From Fonticula alba ATCC 38817 (lineage: Eukaryota > Protista > Nucleariida): a stretch of DNA of 46,469 nt. The notes under the pieces are model-generated. The model saw only the letters and a program-made list of their open reading frames with translations. It was not told the DNA's origin and did not search any database. This document shows positions 1 to 12,200 of the stretch, piece after piece (positions within the stretch are counted from its first letter, which is position 1; each line of letters begins with the position of its first letter). The stretch lies in the NCBI GenBank assembly GCA_000388065.2, contig KB932201.1. One strand, given 5' to 3'. The translations under genes and the position numbers were made by a program.

Positions 1-261
1 CCTTATCTCCTCATATTCCTTGCCGTGAGTATGTGTGTGTGTGTGTGTGCGCGCGTGTTTGCACCACAATAGACAACGCACATGCGTCCTTCCTCTTCTC
101 TCCTTCACTGTGTCCTGCTTCTTGGCCCCCCCCCCCCCTCCCCGCCCTCTCGTCCCTCTTCCATCCGTCTCTCTTTCCCTCCCCTCACATCAAAAGCCCC
201 CGGGGAGTCACGCCCTGGTCCAGGTGAGAGTCCCACCCGGCAAGAAGGGTGATGGGGGTCT

Positions 262-2986
262 CTATTCCTTGATGGTCTTCCGCCTGCTTGCGAGGATGGC
301 CGCAATGCGAGCTCGCCGGGCCTCTTGTGCGTCGACCTCAGCCGCGATGCTCAGCAGCTCCTTTTCGACACTGGGTTCAACATGCGGGGTGGCGTTCACC
401 TCCGGGTCATGTTCAGGAGCAGGAGTCGCGATGTCCTCCTCGGCCGGCGGGTGGACAGACGCAACGGTGGCCGCCAGTTGTGGCTGTTCTCTGGCACGAG
501 CCGACGCGGGGCCTACCCACGCCTCGTCACGAGCCACCGCCAGCAGATACTGATAGAAGCCATAGAACCGGTCCCACGGCTGGTCAAAGGATTCCATGAC
601 GTCCGGGGAGTTGGGCAATTCCGAGGATGCAGCCTCGAGCGGCGGGCTCGAGGGCAAGCGCGGCCGACACTCCGAGCACCAGTCCTTCAAAAGCCGCACA
701 TCGGCCGATGAGGCGGGCCATTTGCTGACTTCCCCCGGCGCAATGGGCTGCCAAAAGATGTCAACCTCCGGTGGCCCGGGCTTGGCGGCCACAGATGGCA
801 CTTCCTGGTGCACTCGTTGCCCTATGGAGCGCCGCAGGGAGGCCCCAGACTCGGCATCTGGGACCAAACTGCTCGAGTGGATAAAGGCAGTTAGAGAGCG
901 AGAGGGAGAGGCAGAGAGGGAGAGAGAGAGAGGGGGAAAAATGTCCTCATGAATCTATCGAGCCCGAAGGGGGTCGGCACATGAAAGGGAGGGGAGGCGG
1001 GAGCATATACGCGATATGCACATCTCATATGTATGTGCACAAAGACGAGATATGCTTTCACACGTGTGCATGCGGGTGTATGTGTGGAGGCAAAGGTGCA
1101 GAGAAAGGTGGGAGGGATGGGGCAAAAGAGGGCCGGCTCGCACATGGGTAAGCCATTGGGGAGGGCGTGGGGAATGTGCGTCAAGTGCTGGGCCAGAGTC
1201 TGTCGACGGTCCATCAGAGCCTGGGCGGCCGTGTGATAGCGGTCGCGACAGTCGCACGAAGGCGGCCGCATGGCCGGGCAAACAGCAGGGTGAACCATGC
1301 GCCGGCAAAGCTTGTCCAAATCGCGTCCTGCATCGTAAGCCTCCAACAAGAGACAGAACACCGGATGCAGCGGGGCACCTGGCGCAAGGAAGGCAAACAG
1401 ATCATTGCCCTGCTGTTTCGAGAGGATGGTTTGCTGGGCCCCCGGGCGCCGAGCAGCGGGAAGACCGCCGACGAAGCGCGCTGTCTTCAGGAGGATGCCC
1501 ATCTGCTTGTCAGAGGCAACCTGAGCATGATCAAAGGTGGCCCAGAGACCCCTGCAACGGTGAGTATTCCGAAGGAAGGCAGGGAGAAGAAGGCAACGGG
1601 GCGGGGGAGAACAAGCAGGAGAGGGAGCGAGCGAGGGAGGGCAAGGAGGTGAAAGCGCGCACCTGGCCGCATTCCGGGATAGCGTTTAGCATGCTAGCCC
1701 CGGCAGCAACATCCCGGCGCAGAGCCTCTCGAGCTGCCCGTCGGTCGCGCGCATCATCCCGCCGACGCTTGCGGACCATTTCTGCGGCGAAAAAGCAGCA
1801 CACACAAATTAGCAAGGAGGAGAGATGAGGGGGGGGGGGGGGGGCGAAAAAAAAGGACAGCCCCATCGGCCCACGGGCAAATCCAACGACATACCATTCA
1901 GAAAGACCGAATGATCATGGCGCGCATCGAGGAGCGGCTGAAAGCGCATGACGTCGATGAACATCCCAAGACGGTGGCAACGCCGTTCCAGGGCAGTGGT
2001 GTGTCTCGGCGGGGAGGGTGATGGCCTGGTGGCTGGGCCGGGGCTCGCAACATTGGCTTGGGTGGTCTTCGCACCCCGGACGGGCATCTTGCCAGGTCGG
2101 CTGGCGACAGAGGGGGGTGGCTTGTCTTCCTCGTCTGAGCTGGAGTCCGAGTGGGCGTAGGCCGAAAAGAGATTCGCCAGAGCCCCCACAGGCGCAAGTG
2201 CGGGCCCTGAAGATGGCACATCCTGCTTCGAAGGGGGAGACTGCTCCGCGGACCAGGTGTACTCGTCTTCCGAATCGGAGGAGGCTGGCCAGTCGGACAG
2301 GGTGTCCAGCTCCTCCGGCAGCCGGCCATAGATGACATCATGGACTTGCCCATGGTCGTGCTCAGTCTCGGATTCCACATCCCCCGGCGCGAGGTAGTCC
2401 TGTGGGCGGAATCGCGCTCGGAGAATCGTCCCCTCTGACGCGGGGCCCTTTGGAGAGGTTTCAGCCGGGAAGGTGCGCTCATCAAGCAGATGGTGGACAT
2501 CGAAGCTGGAGACAGACCCGCCCCCAGCCAACCAGGCCAGAAATACGTCAGTCGGGAGCCCTTCCATGATCCCGATCTTCTATTCCTTCCCCTCATCCCC
2601 CCCCCCCCCCTATTTCCATATCTTCGAAGTGGCTTTCAGGGAGAGCGTACGCACCGGTCGAAGGCCATCCGAGGAGTCGACGCGGGGAGAAAGTCCGGAC
2701 GCCAGGGGACCAATAGAGCTCCTGCATCGATGGCATCGGCCGCTGCATCATTTCTCAGGAGGACTGCCGCCTGGCCGCGCACCAGGAACGGGTTGTCCAA
2801 GGCGCGAAAGCGGTCAGCGATGGTGGCAACCTCCGGCGGTGAGAGAGGGGATGTCGGGTCGACTGGTGCCGAAGGAGGACTGGAGGTCATTCCGTCATCC
2901 GATGCGAGCGTCTGTTCCAGCGGGTTGATCATGCGCAGGCGCTTGGTCGGTGGTTGGGCCGGGCTTTCCTCTGGTGAGGAGGGCAT
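262..2986 (-). CDS. SFSWAP: SWAP-family splicing factor (DRY_EERY domain, one SURP, one degenerate SURP), ~681 aa
   Basis: Model complement(join(262..868,1144..1520,1663..1781,1895..2505,2655..2986)) is 2046 nt, in frame, all GT-AG. Splicing rebuilds FLVRGQAAVLLRNDAAADAIDAGALLVPW...AFDR|FDVHHLLDE, resembling the SFSWAP DRY_EERY region (LLVFGYACKLFRDDE...LIPW...IDRYD). ILLKTARFV...SKQQGNDLFAFLAPGAPLHPVF is SURP-like and SFDQPWDRFYGFYQYLL resembles the end of SURP2. The start codon is uncertain. Confidence 0.8.
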
Positions 2987-5650
2987 CTCAGGCGTGTGCG
3001 CGGCTGCGCATGCAGTCAAGGAGAAAAAAGGGGGCCACAGTCAGGAGGGAGGGAGGATATGAGCATGGGGCCAGGTTCTCTGCGCACCATCCAGCATGCA
3101 TGGGTCTCTTGTGTCTGGATGTTTCCTCGTGCTCTGACAAGCGGAGAGCTACCCGTCGGCTTGCTACTGCTGGCCAGGGGGGGGGGGGGGGNNNNNNNNN
3201 NCATCGGGCGGCGGGACGCGTCCCGCCGCCTGGTGTCAGACGCCTTCGCCATTGCGCCGTGGCCGCTCTTGGTTCCCTGTTCCCCTCCCCCCCCCCGGGG
3301 GGGGGGGGGGGGGGGGGGGACGGGGCCGTGCCCGGTTTCCCGGTATACGGGGGCGCCACGCGAGGTTGACTCATGGCCGCGCGCGCCTGCAGACCTTCCC
3401 GGAGCCGGGGGGGGGGGAGACAAGCGCGGGTGTGAGGCTCCGCCGGGACGCGCCGCCGACAGGCCCCTGCCATGGCCCGCCGGGGCGATTCGCAGACGGC
3501 ATGCACATGCGCGAGCGCGCGCGTGCACGACCGGGCTGGGGGGCGGTCGCGCCCGGCAAGGCGGACCATGCGTCGCGCCCGGCCGGCGCCAGGCCCAACC
3601 CGCGTGCGGTCGCGTGCAGCTGACCCGGACCGCGGCGCCTCAAGTCAGGCTGGTCCGTGGGGCCGTGTGCGGCGCATATTGGTGCGCGGTCTACCCGGCG
3701 CCCGCGCGTCCCCCCCCAGAGGGGGAACGCGCCGCCCGCAGATGAGTTCAGGCGAGCTTGTACGTGCGCCCTGCGTGGGTGCACACTTGCTCCCCCCGCC
3801 CCCCCCCCCNNNNNNNNNNCGCCGCAAAAAGCACGGGAACCCAACCCCGAGCAACCAGCCCCAGAGGCAGTCCGAGGGCCACGGAGAACGAGGCACCTCT
3901 TGCAGTTAGGCCCCCAGCCCAAACCGCAGATACACACATTTGCACACACATTTGCACACACACAAACATGCCCGATAAGGGGGCGCACCGTAGAGGGCCC
4001 CGTTTCTCGCCCTTCCAAGAAATGAGCATTGGCCACGAGTCCCCGGGCCCGGAGACCTCCCCGCTCTTTCGCAAGGGGACTTGCAGGCCCACTTCTTGTT
4101 GTTGGGGGGGGGGGGGGGCAGTAGCGGAAGATCTCCTGCGGGCAAGGGCAGGAGCTCCCGGGACGCGCCGATCGTCGATATGCCATGCCGGAGGGCGACC
4201 CACGCCCCGTCCCCCCGACCCCAAAGCGCCCAAAGCACCCAAAGCGCCCACATCGGGACGTATGTCAAGCCCCACACCATCGAGGGGAGGCAACTCCTCG
4301 GACTCGTTCTGCCGCACAAAAGGCGCGCAGGACGATGGGGGAGGCACAATGCACTGGACTTCCCCCCACCGGTCCGGCTCTCCGGGAAGTACGACCGGAC
4401 GGCCGAATCCCGAGGGCCTCGGCTTCCAAAGAGGCCGGTCGGGCGGGGGGGGGGGGGGATGGCGGAGGGGCACAAACAGCGCCCCGCCGGAGCGCGCGGC
4501 CATCACACTCAGCCACACTGGCCAGGGCCACCCGGCCCCCGAGCGCGCGTCCCGGCCCGGTCGTTGTGCCGCCTCGGCTCGTTCCCCCCGCCCCCCCCGC
4601 GCCGGAGCCGGGGCAGTGGCACCGCTGGCGGGGCGGGGAAGTTTAAATTGGCCCGCCCGGCACCAGGTATGCATGCACCCCGAGGCATCGGAATGTACCT
4701 CCCCCCTGGGCCGCGCTCGGTCAATGCGTCCTTCTGTTTTACCCCCCCCCCCCCCCTACAAACCGACTACCAGACCCGGGGAAACCTCCGGCCTTCGTCG
4801 TCGTCGTCGTCGTCGACCTCGGCCCCTCCAAACACCGATATACCGATGGAAAATATTATTGCCGGCCTTTTTCGCCCGGAGAAGACTGAAGCCCGGAAAC
4901 AGGAGGCGAGAGCTGGAAAAAGGGAATGAACGCCCAGAGAGACGACCTGCGGGTGTTGGTTTAGTCCCGTCCCCCCCTCCCCCCCCCCCCCCCCGCGAAG
5001 ACACACACTTGCAAGCGTGATGGCCTCGCCATGCCGGAAATGAATACCCCGCCACGCGCGAGCCGCTCAATTCCCTCGCCCCCCTCCCCCCCAATAAGTC
5101 GTCGTCGGCCGGAGCACCTTGGTGAACATTTTTCCCCCTGTCGGCGGACACGAGCCCCACTGTCCCCTGAATCCTTCTGAATAGATGCGTAGGTGGCCCA
5201 TATTATCATCAGGGGATGTGCCACGGTCCCGCCCCCCACCACCACTGCCCCACGCATTCTTCACTCCATCTCCCCGTTCTGTTCTCCCCCCTCTCCGGCA
5301 CCGAGGCCGCCGCACCCGAGACCTGCTCACGGCTCCCCCACAGCAGTTCCCCCCTTTTGGAGGCCGGGACACCAAAAGCACGGACCCCGGCCGCCACGCC
5401 CCCCCCCCCCCTCCCAGCTCTCCCGGTCCACCGGGGCAGGGAGTGGGAATGTGCCGCGGGACGAGCGGGAGCAGCCACCGGAACATGCCCCGCCTCCCCC
5501 CCTCCCCCCCCGCAGCCGCCCCAGCAGCGAGACGGTCTGACATACACACCACATACATACACGGCCGCCGTGGTCCGATATAGTGCCAACGAATTTCCCG
5601 GCCGACCGCGCGCCCGCGTACACACATGTGATTCATTGTACACGTGGGAC

Positions 5651-8143
5651 TCATTCGCGACCCAGCGACACCCGCAACAGGCGCATCGGGTCGAAGGGGC
5701 TCGCTGCCGTGCCCCCCCCCCCGGCCGGCGGGGCTGTGGCCCGGCCATTGGCCGGCTCCGGTGGACCGGCGCCCGGGAAGAGGATGTCCTCGGTGAGATC
5801 GCCCAAAGCGAAGCCCAGGTGCGACATCGGCCCAGCAGGGAAGTCGGCCACCTGCCGCACCACCTCTCCCGCCAGGGCCAGAGCCAGGTCACTGCCATGG
5901 ATCCCGGCCCCAGTGTCAGCACTGATGGGAGGCCCGTCCGGGGATCGATCTGTCTGACCGGCGACCGGGGCCCGCCCCTTGGCACTGACCCCGGCAGGCG
6001 TGGCCCCAGAAAGCAGGGCAAGCCCGGTGCCTCGCGACCCCGTGTCGGCCGCGGCCGCTGGGGCCAGATCCGCCACCAGGGCTTCCCAGTTGCCGGCACG
6101 CCACAGGTCCTCGTGCTTGGACTCCGGGCGCCAGGACACCTGCAGCAGGCCGGCGGCCACGCGTTGGGCCAGCGAACTGGCCTGATGCCCATGGTTGCCG
6201 GCCAGCTGCGCACGCGTTGCCGCCGTTGTCCGGCGATCGGCCAGCCGCCGAGAGATTTCCCCCAGCAGGCGTGCATCCGGACCAGCTAGCCCCAAGCCCG
6301 AGGGGGACCCCTGCAGGCCGAAGAGGACCAAGTCCGCGCCCAGGGGGCCGCCGGCCGCCGGGCCTGTGGCCGGCCACTTGCCGGCCTCGAGCCCGGCGGC
6401 AGGCTCCATTGTTTGCCCGATGGCCCGGGCCCACAGGATGCGCATCCAGGCCACGCGCACCAGAGAGGCGTCTGTCCCGGCCGAGGGGGCTTCCAGGGGT
6501 GGTACATCGGAGGATGTGTGAGAGGAGCCAAGCAGGCCGGTGTGCCGCTCGCCGCGGCGGGAACACATACTCACACACACACACACACAATAACACAGGC
6601 ACGCGCAAGCCAACTGTCCGCCCGCAGTCACTCTTCCTTCCCCCGCCCCTCGTGATTTCCCCCAGGCGCAGGCGACGTGCGTACCTCGACAAGCAAGACG
6701 CAGGAGGGTGTGCGCCGCATACACCTCAGCTCGCAGGTCACCGGCCAAGCGGTCCGCATCGACCGACATCCCGTCACATTGCATCTGCTCAGCCTCGCTC
6801 GCAGCAAAGCGGGCACTGGCCACCGGGGTCGATGCAAGCACCGGCTCCCCATAGAGCCGGGCAAGCAGGCGGCCCGCATCGGCCGCCGACAACATGCCGG
6901 ATGCCCCGTCACATGCGAGGGCCACCGATAGCATGCTTGCCGCGGCTAACCGCCACATGGCCAGACAGAAGAAGTATGCACAGTCAAACTGCCCCGCCCG
7001 AGCCACCCCGATGGCCCGAGCACGCCCCATGGTTAGCAGGAAGCCAGGGATGGGGGGAAAAACACAGCGCCATGGGGGCAAAGTGGGAGGAAGGCATACC
7101 TCTTGCCGGGGCCAAGCCCCCACCCGGGCGTCGGATGCCCATCGCAGCAGTCTCTGGACCCGGAGAAAGTGTGCACGGAAGTCCAGGAACGAGGCGACGG
7201 CCGCCCGCAAAGCCTCCCCGGGGGCAGCCCCTGCTAGAGGCACCTGCTGTCGGAGACCACACACCGAAGCATATACAACCGCCTGGATGAGGGCCGCCAG
7301 CGGCTGTCCCTCCGGCGGGGACATGCCACTGTCGGCCCCATGCTCCAAGCCACGGAGCATGCACTCGTGCCACTCCGGCTCATGGAGCAACCGCGGCGCA
7401 TGGTGCTGGTAGATGCCCGCCGCGACACTGGTGGCAAGGCGCTCGTCAGCACACGTCCCCTCGAGGGCGACATCAAGGGCGGGGAAGGGCCGGAGGGTGC
7501 CCCCTCCCGGCAATGAGCACCCCTCTGCCCACGCACCTGAGACCTGTTGACCGAAGGAACGCAGCCCTCAGCAGCCGCAGAGCCGCACTTCGGAAAAAGG
7601 GAAAGCCCGCCGAGGGCACGTCATTCGAGCTCAGGGCGGAGATCGAGCTAACCACGCGACGAAGGGTGGTGCCTAGCGCTGGGGGAGGAGGGGACAGCAG
7701 AGGCAGGTGAGTGCCGCGCAAAGAGGAGAGAGGAAAATGAAAAAAGAGGCCTTGGAGGCAGGGCCGAGGGAAATGACCCCCCGGCAGATCAGCCACACAC
7801 ACACACACACAGACAGACATACCGGATCCGGCGGCAACATGTGCCCGAGCTTGGATGTCAACAGCCACGAAGGAGAGCAGATCCACCGAGCACCAGAAGT
7901 CCTCGCTCGAGGGGCATTTGCCCGGGTCCATGACAAAGCCGGGGCCAATCCAGGGAAGATGCGCCAGGCGCTCGAGGCTCCGATCAAAGTCCCGGGCCAC
8001 CGCAGCACGGAAAGCCTCGATCAGGTCTGCGTGCCAGCGAGACCGCGGATCTGGCGGCAGGGGAGGGGCCACCCCCATCACGGGTAGCATGCTGTCCTTG
8101 AGCACTTCCAAGCAGCCGAGGTTGGGCTCACGTGCGATAGTGG
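5651..8143 (-). CDS. Hypothetical protein, at least 626 aa, largely helical and Ala/Leu-rich; 5' end unresolved
   Basis: Frame-consistent exons 5651..6489 (or 6471), 6685..6988, 7100..7427, 7537..7678 and 7823..8143, with donors GTATGT/GTGCGT/GTATGC/GTACGC, CTAAC/CTGAC branch points and microsatellite-bearing introns. There is an in-frame ATG at 8090, but a polypyrimidine/CAG acceptor at 8144 suggests a further upstream exon. No domain recognised. Confidence 0.6.
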
Positions 8144-9276
8144 CTGAGCGGGTGCGAAAGAGGGGGAAAGAAAATGAGGGAGGGGTTTGCTTGAAGTGGC
8201 TCTGCCTCTGGCCACCGGGGCCCGTGAAGAAGAGCCCCCCCCCCCTCCGGCGGCGCCCGATCGCCTTCTGCCTCGGGCCGAACACCGGGGGGGGGAGGCC
8301 GGGGACCGCTAATGAGCTGCCAATGTACACAGGCCATTCCCGTCACCCCCGCCCTGAGAGAGACCCCCCTGTCCCCGGGGCAGGAGGATGCAGGCACTGG
8401 CGCCGCGGCCAGGCCGGCGGGAGGTCGCCAGCGAGGGGGATCACCCGGCCGGGCTCCGCCGGTTGGCGATGCCGCACGGCGACTTTCCTCGCCCCCTCAA
8501 ATGTCTTGCCCGGTGGGCGTGCCCTCCGGCAGCTGCGTTTGGGCCCCCGCACACTAGGCGCAGTCGGCGGGGGCTTTGGACTTTTTTCCGCTGGCCTCTT
8601 GGTCGCGGGACTCGCCCACCTTCCCGGCAGACAGGCCAACATGCCTGTGTCTAGCCATCGGCAGCGAATTGTGCCTGCGCGGAATGTGACTTGCCTGTGG
8701 GTGTAAATGCCCGAGCTCACCAGTTAAGGGCTTTAGCCCAGTCTGGCCATTTAGAAACAACAGGTCACGCGACACAGGGACTTAATCGATCCCCGTCTGG
8801 TCTTTACCTGTGGACGAGGAGCTCCCCCCGAGCACTATGCGACCCACAACTGTTGCGCCTTACTAATCTGGCAGCCCTCACTCGCCCTCCCGGGCGCGAG
8901 ACCGCTCACGCCTGGGGGTCCCGGCAACATAAGCCACTCGGCCTGCGCCTGGGCGTATCTGCGCATATGTGCACCTACCCAAGCGGAAGGGTCCCTCCAT
9001 CATCCATGCACCCCCCCTCCCCCCCGTTCTCCTGTTCTCCCCTCCATGCTCTCGCTGCCTCTCCCCCTCCTCCTGTGCCGGCCTCAATCCCACCACCTCG
9101 CCGAGCGGCGGTGACACGCCATGACAGTGTACCTGCAAAGCCGCGTGCATGTGGTATGTGTATGTGTATGTAGCGGCTCGGTGGATGCGCGTGCGTATGC
9201 GAGAGCCAGGGGGGGGGGGGGGAGGAGCGGGCAGAGGAGTGGAGCATTTCAATGGCAGCGGCGGCCATAGTCGGGT

Positions 9277-12200
9277 CTAAAATAGGTATGCCGATCCTTC
9301 GTCATCAAAGCGCTCGACTGGCGAGGCACCAAGGCCCAAGAAAACTGTTCTCAGGCTGCTGGCCGCCAGTGAGGTCGACTCAACCGACCGCGCAAGGTGG
9401 TCCGAGTGGTGGCAGAAACGCTCGAAGTCTTGCTGGTCCGATGCAACAGCAGACTGCTCGCCGGGGCGCGAACCATGCAACATCGCCATGTCAATGGGGC
9501 AAAAACATGTCATGTATGGGTGGGAGAGGACGAGAGATGGGCCGGGTGAGCAAACGTCTTGGGGTGAAAGGGGGAAGAGGAAGCCCACCGGGAATCACTT
9601 CCGCGGGCTGAAGCACGCACGAGTACGCTCTTCCAGGTGAGCTGAGCCCGACAGCGCAAGGCCTCCTTCTCGTGTTGGGCCTCGCGCACAAGGAGCTCCA
9701 GCGATTCGATGGTGGAGTAAATGCGCCCGGCGGCGGCCCGGTCGAAATACGCGCGCCGCCGGGTCGCATGCTCGTACAGGCCCTCCAGGATGTGACGCAA
9801 CTCGAGCACACTGTGTGTGTGTGTGTGTAGCGGGGCGCGAGGGAGAGAGAGAGAGAGAGAGGGGGGGGGGCAACAGGGAAGGGGTCAGATAGGCGCCCGG
9901 GGGGACGGGAGCAACGAGGCAAGAGCATGAAGAGGCAAAAGACAGCGCATGGCGGCCAGTCTGCGCGACGGACATCTGTTCAAGTAGCCCCACTCGACGG
10001 GAGCTGAGTGCCAGGCGCTGCTGCAGGCGCAGCCAGGACCACACAGTCTGGCTGTTCCGCTCGAACTCCGCCCGCCCGGCGCGGTTCAGTTCCCGGAAGC
10101 TGGCCTCCAGCGCCAAAACAATGTGTGAAGTGTCCCCGAGAGCGGGAACATCGATCTTCAGCCGGAAAAGCCGGGCGGCGTCAAGCCGGGAGGAGAGAGA
10201 GAGAGAGAGAGGGAGGTGCGAGAAGGCAGGGGGGGGGATGACCGAAGGAAGAAGGGTCAGACACATTCACGCGAGGCATATTGCCACAGGGCCGGGGCCC
10301 GGGGAGAAGAAAAAAAAAGAGAGAGTACCTCACGCAGGCGTGACATCAGCCCTTCGTAGCTGGAGCGGAAGGAGGCGCGGCCGTCCGGGCCGCCACTGGA
10401 CACCAATTGCGCGGGCGAGGCCTCCGACAGGGAGAGCGCTTGGAAATTCGTAAACGGGTTGACCGGATCATTGCCCATCCGGGAGATGGGCGATGACAAG
10501 GCAGACCCCGTCACTGAAGAAGGCACTCGCCCGGGCGAAACGCCGGTGGCCGGCTTGGCCGACCATGCGGTGCCCCGCTGCTGCGACGCACCCAGAGGCT
10601 GGCCACTTTCCGACATGTCGGTGACCGAAATGGAGGGAACGCTGATGCTTGCGCGGCGCTGACCGGCCACCAGGGCCGGGGCCAGAGTGTGCCGACGCCC
10701 GGGTGGCGGCGCCGGCGGCGGGAACAGCGCGTACTGGAAGGCCGCCGGAGGGTGCGGCGCATTGTCCGAGCGCAAGGTCGAGGCGGCTCTCCCGGCACCG
10801 GATAACAGAGACCCGGACATGCGCCGCCTGGGAGACGAATCGATGGCCGGGCCCCGGGCTGCTGGGACCACCAGGGGCGGGGGGTCTTCCCCGTCGCCGG
10901 CCACGAGCGACTGCGTCGAACCAAAGCCCCTCCCGCTGTCCTCATCCACCGGCGACAGGACCCCCAATGACAGAGGTCCCATCCCCGGCTCGCCGCCGAG
11001 AGGACGCTCGGCCATGGCTCCCGGCGAATCGGCCAGCGAAGCCCGCGGTGAGCCCTCCAGCGAGCGGAGCTCTCCCAGATAGTCGCCCCCAGCCAGCGTG
11101 GCACTGCCGGGCGGTGTCGGCCGGACCGACTGCGGGGCGGAGGCGCTCTGCCAGTGCTGCACGGCGGAGGCGGCCGTGGCCGAGGCACTGGCGGCCGCGG
11201 CGCCGGCCGCCACTGCCCCGCCCCCGGGCGTCGCCGTGCCACCAGCTCCAGCCGATCCGCCAACCAGCCCCGGCAAGTGAAGTGACCCGGAGAAGGACCG
11301 GCCCAGGTGTGACCGGGGACTGGGCCGCGGGCGCCCCAGGGAGCGCGAGTCTCCGGGAGTCGACTGCCCCGAGCTCGCCGTCGATGGCAACACCCCCGCC
11401 GCATGGGACCCACCTCGGTCAAATTGCACCAGATGGTCATGCCCCGCGGCATCGGGAGTTGGCCGGATCAGCAGCTGCTGGAAGGCTGCATCAGCCTGGT
11501 TGACCGCCTGCTCGATTTCCTGATCCACATCGGTGGTGAAGATGCTGGGAACATGGCCCGGGCTGGTGGCCGGGGATCGAGGCGACCCGGGCGAGCTCCC
11601 GGCCAGCGGCATGGACACCGACTGGCCGGCCGAGTCGAGCTCGGGCACCTGGAAGACCGAAGCCTCGGGCGCCCAGGCATTGTCGAAAGGCGCGTCCCGG
11701 TCCAGCAGGGGGGGTGGCCGCGGCCGCCGCATGCCCTCCGAGCGCTGTGCCGCCTGATCGAGCCACCATTGTTGCGAGTGCGGCTGCGGGCGGGGCGGGA
11801 AATAGTGCTCCTGCGGTTCCGGATACTGGTGGATCGGCTGGGGCTGACCATGCTCCTCGTCCTCCTCGTCAAACCCCGGCAACAGCAGCAGTCGGCCTCC
11901 AAGCAGCATCGAGCGGAACTGCTGGTAAACCGTTTGCTCCACTTGCTGGCGGTAGTGCCTGAACATGACCTTGATGGCTGCCAGATTGGACCGGTGCTCC
12001 GAGTAGGAGTCCTTCAGCTTGCGCTTCATCTCCTGCATCTGCGCCGCGTGCGCTTGGGCTTGCGTCTGCAGGCGCTTCTCCAGGATGGCCACCCGCTCGC
12101 GCAGCTCCACCAGCGGGTGATCGATGTCGCTCTAGAGCGAGGGACGTCCAAAGGGGGGGGGGAGGAGGGGAACGTCAGCCGAAGAGGCCCCACCGCGGGG

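Noticed and set aside
8343-8654. Frame MARHRHVG...ADCA*CAGAQ...QDI*GGEESRR with two in-frame stops, suggesting readthrough or recoding
   Set aside because: The conserved genes here end in TAA, TAG and TGA and have no internal stops. An unresolved intron or UTR explains it more simply.
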